From Jimgerdemannia flammicorona (Eukaryota), in NCBI GenBank assembly GCA_003990765.1, contig RBNJ01000243.1, forward strand, positions 1-35,697: a stretch of DNA of 35,697 bases, read 5' to 3'. Both the position numbers and the translations under genes were made by a program. The notes under the pieces are model-generated. The model did not search any database. It was given only the letters and a program-made list of their open reading frames with translations, and was not told the origin of the DNA. Positions 34,601 to 35,697 of the stretch are shown in pieces; the first letter of the stretch is position 1, and the number at the start of each line of letters is the position of its first letter.

Positions 34601-35697
34601 TCCGTGAGAGCTCTTGGTAAATGACACTCATAATTGTTTGCTGAAATAGGCTAAAGGAAAAGACTTGGGATTCAGCGGCTATTTGATCCGGATTCTTCAG
34701 TTGAGCAATAACGTGTCGAATATGTGGAAGGTTTACTTCGTTTGCCTTTTGGACCTGAGGATTGCGATAGTCTACGGAGACGATTTCCTTGCTCAAAACT
34801 GCAACAATGATATCTATACATCGCAGATGCTCCCTGCTTTTCGCCGCACGATTGATCTTCACGATGCTTTCTAGCCGCGTCGGCTGTTCACTGCTTTCCA
34901 TCGCATCACGAACGACGGCTTGTATCACGCGGTGGATCGCAAGCATGTCACTGGTTGGGTCGAGAATATTTGTACCACCTTCAGTGTTGTCATTGTTTTT
35001 GCTGTTGATATCTGTGGTATTTCGCCGAATAATCGAAAACTCGACAAGTGTGTCAATCGCAGCTAGAACAATCTCGTCATGCTGTCGTTGGAATAGGGAT
35101 GTCGGTATTGCATCTGGTTGGAGAAAGGCGCAAACATGAAGAATTCGTGTTGCCAATAGATTTCGCTCCTTGATTTCTTTAAACGACAACTTCCACACTG
35201 TAGATACTGAGTCCTTGTAAGCGTTCGGATTGGCATAATCGCCGCTGACAAGCAACTTATTAGGATTGCTTCTAAGCTGCTTTAGATAAGCTTCAAAGGT
35301 CGTTTTAGTTATTTCAATATAAGAGCGCGCAATATTGATAGCCAGCGGGAAGTAGTCCAGCTCTTGCACAATGCTTTGAGCGTGCGTTGATTTGGCTTCG
35401 ATTGTTTTGGTGCCATCAGACGGAGGTCGTGAGCCAATTAGAAGATGAAGGGCCTCTTCGTTAGTCATCTTGTCCACTTCGATTACAGTCGCCCATGATG
35501 AAGAGACATGATTGCGAGTTGTTACAATAATATCTCCATCAGTTGCAGAAATGAAACGGTCCACGTCGTCAGTGTTATCCATGTTATCCAGAAGCAGAAG
35601 CCAGCTTGTCCTTGATTTGAACCATTTGTGAATCTCGAAAATGAGCGCCTCGTCACCTCCAGACTTATCCGCCTTGGTCTCTATCCCAAGCTCCTTC
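31671..35697 (-). CDS. Fungal NLR-like STAND protein: NB-ARC + TPR array (5' end outside window)
   Basis: The frame stays open to the window edge: ...HKWFKSRTSWLLLLDNMD (Walker B), DIIVTTRN (sensor-1/RNBS-B), LDYFPLAI (GLPL-like), VWKLSF, CAFLQPDAIP, LAIHRVIQ (MHD-like). Then more than 20 42-aa kinesin-light-chain-type TPRs (SLNNLAALY..QNKYDKAEPL..RALAI.EK.LG.EH). Confidence 0.92.
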   Translation of the reverse strand, partial: KELGIETKADKSGGDEALIFEIHKWFKSRTSWLLLLDNMDNTDDVDRFISATDGDIIVTTRNHVSSSWATVIEVDKMTNEEALHLLIGSRPPSDGTKTIEAKSTHAQSIVQELDYFPLAINIARSYIEITKTTFEAYLKQLRSNPNKLLVSGDYANPNAYKDSVSTVWKLSFKEIKERNLLATRILHVCAFLQPDAIPTSLFQRQHDEIVLAAIDTLVEFSIIRRNTTDINSKNNDNTEGGTNILDPTSDMLAIHRVIQAVVRDAMESSEQPTRLESIVKINRAAKSREHLRCIDIIVAVLSKEIVSVDYRNPQVQKANEVNLPHIRHVIAQLKNPDQIAAESQVFSFSLFQQTIMSVIYQELSRMAKLVSGLLAICEMTLGSKDAKTSPLDNLALFCKSERKCDKAKPAPAIYEKVLRSEHLNMATFLNYLAALYDNQGKEVKLLLERALAIEEKMLELESLKTVSSLIKSAMLCYTQNKYDKAEPLFVRALAIQEKVLGLDHSDMASPLTTLATIYCTQNKYDKAKQLFERALAIMEKALGSEHLETAASLNKLTMLYRTQYQYDNPGPLLERTLRIMEKVFGPEHTHTTTSLNNLAALYYTQNKYDKAEPLFVRALAIQEKVLGLEHSDMASPLTTLATIYCTQTKYDKAEQLFERALAIMEKALGSEHLETAASLNKLAMLYRTQYQYDDPGPLLERTLGVVEKVFGPEHTHTTTSLNNLAALYYTQNKYDKAEPLFVRALAIQEKVLGLEHSDMASPLTTLAMIYCTQNKYDKAEQLFERALAIMEKALGSEHLETAASLNKLAMLYRTQYQYDNPGPLLERTLRIMEKVFGPEHTHTTTSLNNLAALYYTQNKYDKAEPLFVRALAIQEKVGLEHSDMASPLATLATIYCTQKKHDKAEQLFERALAIVEKALGSEHLETAASLNKLAMLYRTQYQYDKAGPLLERTLRIMEKVFGPEHTHTTTSLNNLAALYYTQNKYDKAEPLFVRALAIQEVGLEHSDMASPLTTLATIYCTQKKYDKAEQLFERALTIVEKALGSEHLETAASLNKLAMLYRTQYQYDKAGPLLERTLRIMEKVFGPEHQHTTTSLNNLAALYYTQNKYDTAEPLFERALAIKEKTLGSDLPETALSLNNLAVVYYKQHKYDKAEQLYERALVIREEVLRPEYPNTATATSLNNLAALYSAQNKYYKAEPLLKRALAIKEKTLEPNHPNIAITLCTLAGLYHSQGRYDEAEPLYQRALIIREKAFGSEHPHIATTLNKLAWVYGRQGKYGEAAPLYKRVLVIREKTLGPEHPQTVTTLKNLYKSQGKYDKAEPLCQQAPVISQNTRTKQQV
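32340..34270 (-). repeat. Higher-order tandem repeat inside the NLR: about 5 near-identical units of three TPRs (378 bp)
   Basis: Anchor tgtcgtgtgt at 33921, 33543, 33165, 32790 and 32418 gives periods of 378, 378, 375 and 372 bp. Confidence 0.95.

Noticed and set aside
35580..35582. ATG at 35582 as the NLR start
   Set aside because: The frame is open to the window edge and this Met directly follows the Walker B motif (WLLLLDN), so the P-loop and effector domain lie outside the window.

Overview
Eukaryotic, intron-rich fungal DNA. It is probably Mucoromycota (Endogonales-like), which I infer from gene style and content. The window has three zones. (1) 1-9.7 kb is a hypermutated, almost CpG-free block. 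It holds two related L1/Tx1-type LINEs: a 5'-truncated minus copy and a full-length plus copy with a poly(A) tail and a 15-bp target-site duplication. Both are inserted into an AT-rich, intronless, bacterial-looking segment. Removing the full-length LINE restores a HAD-family phosphatase-like ORF with TGA at Trp-like positions, followed by a second tightly packed ORF. This suggests DNA from a Mollicutes-related endobacterium (MRE) integrated in the host chromosome, directly abutting a DNA-transposase remnant. (2) 9.7-14.9 kb holds deletion-eroded pseudogenes: a PD-(D/E)xK nuclease-like gene, a TLDc remnant and the 3' part of a multicopper oxidase. (3) 15-35.7 kb holds apparently intact genes: VPS15, RPC11 head-to-head with glutaminyl-tRNA synthetase, an intronless F-box/LRR gene with a decayed tandem paralog, and an NB-ARC-TPR NLR whose TPR array is built from a near-identical 3-repeat (378 bp) higher-order unit. 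All family assignments come from motif recognition by eye; no searches were run.
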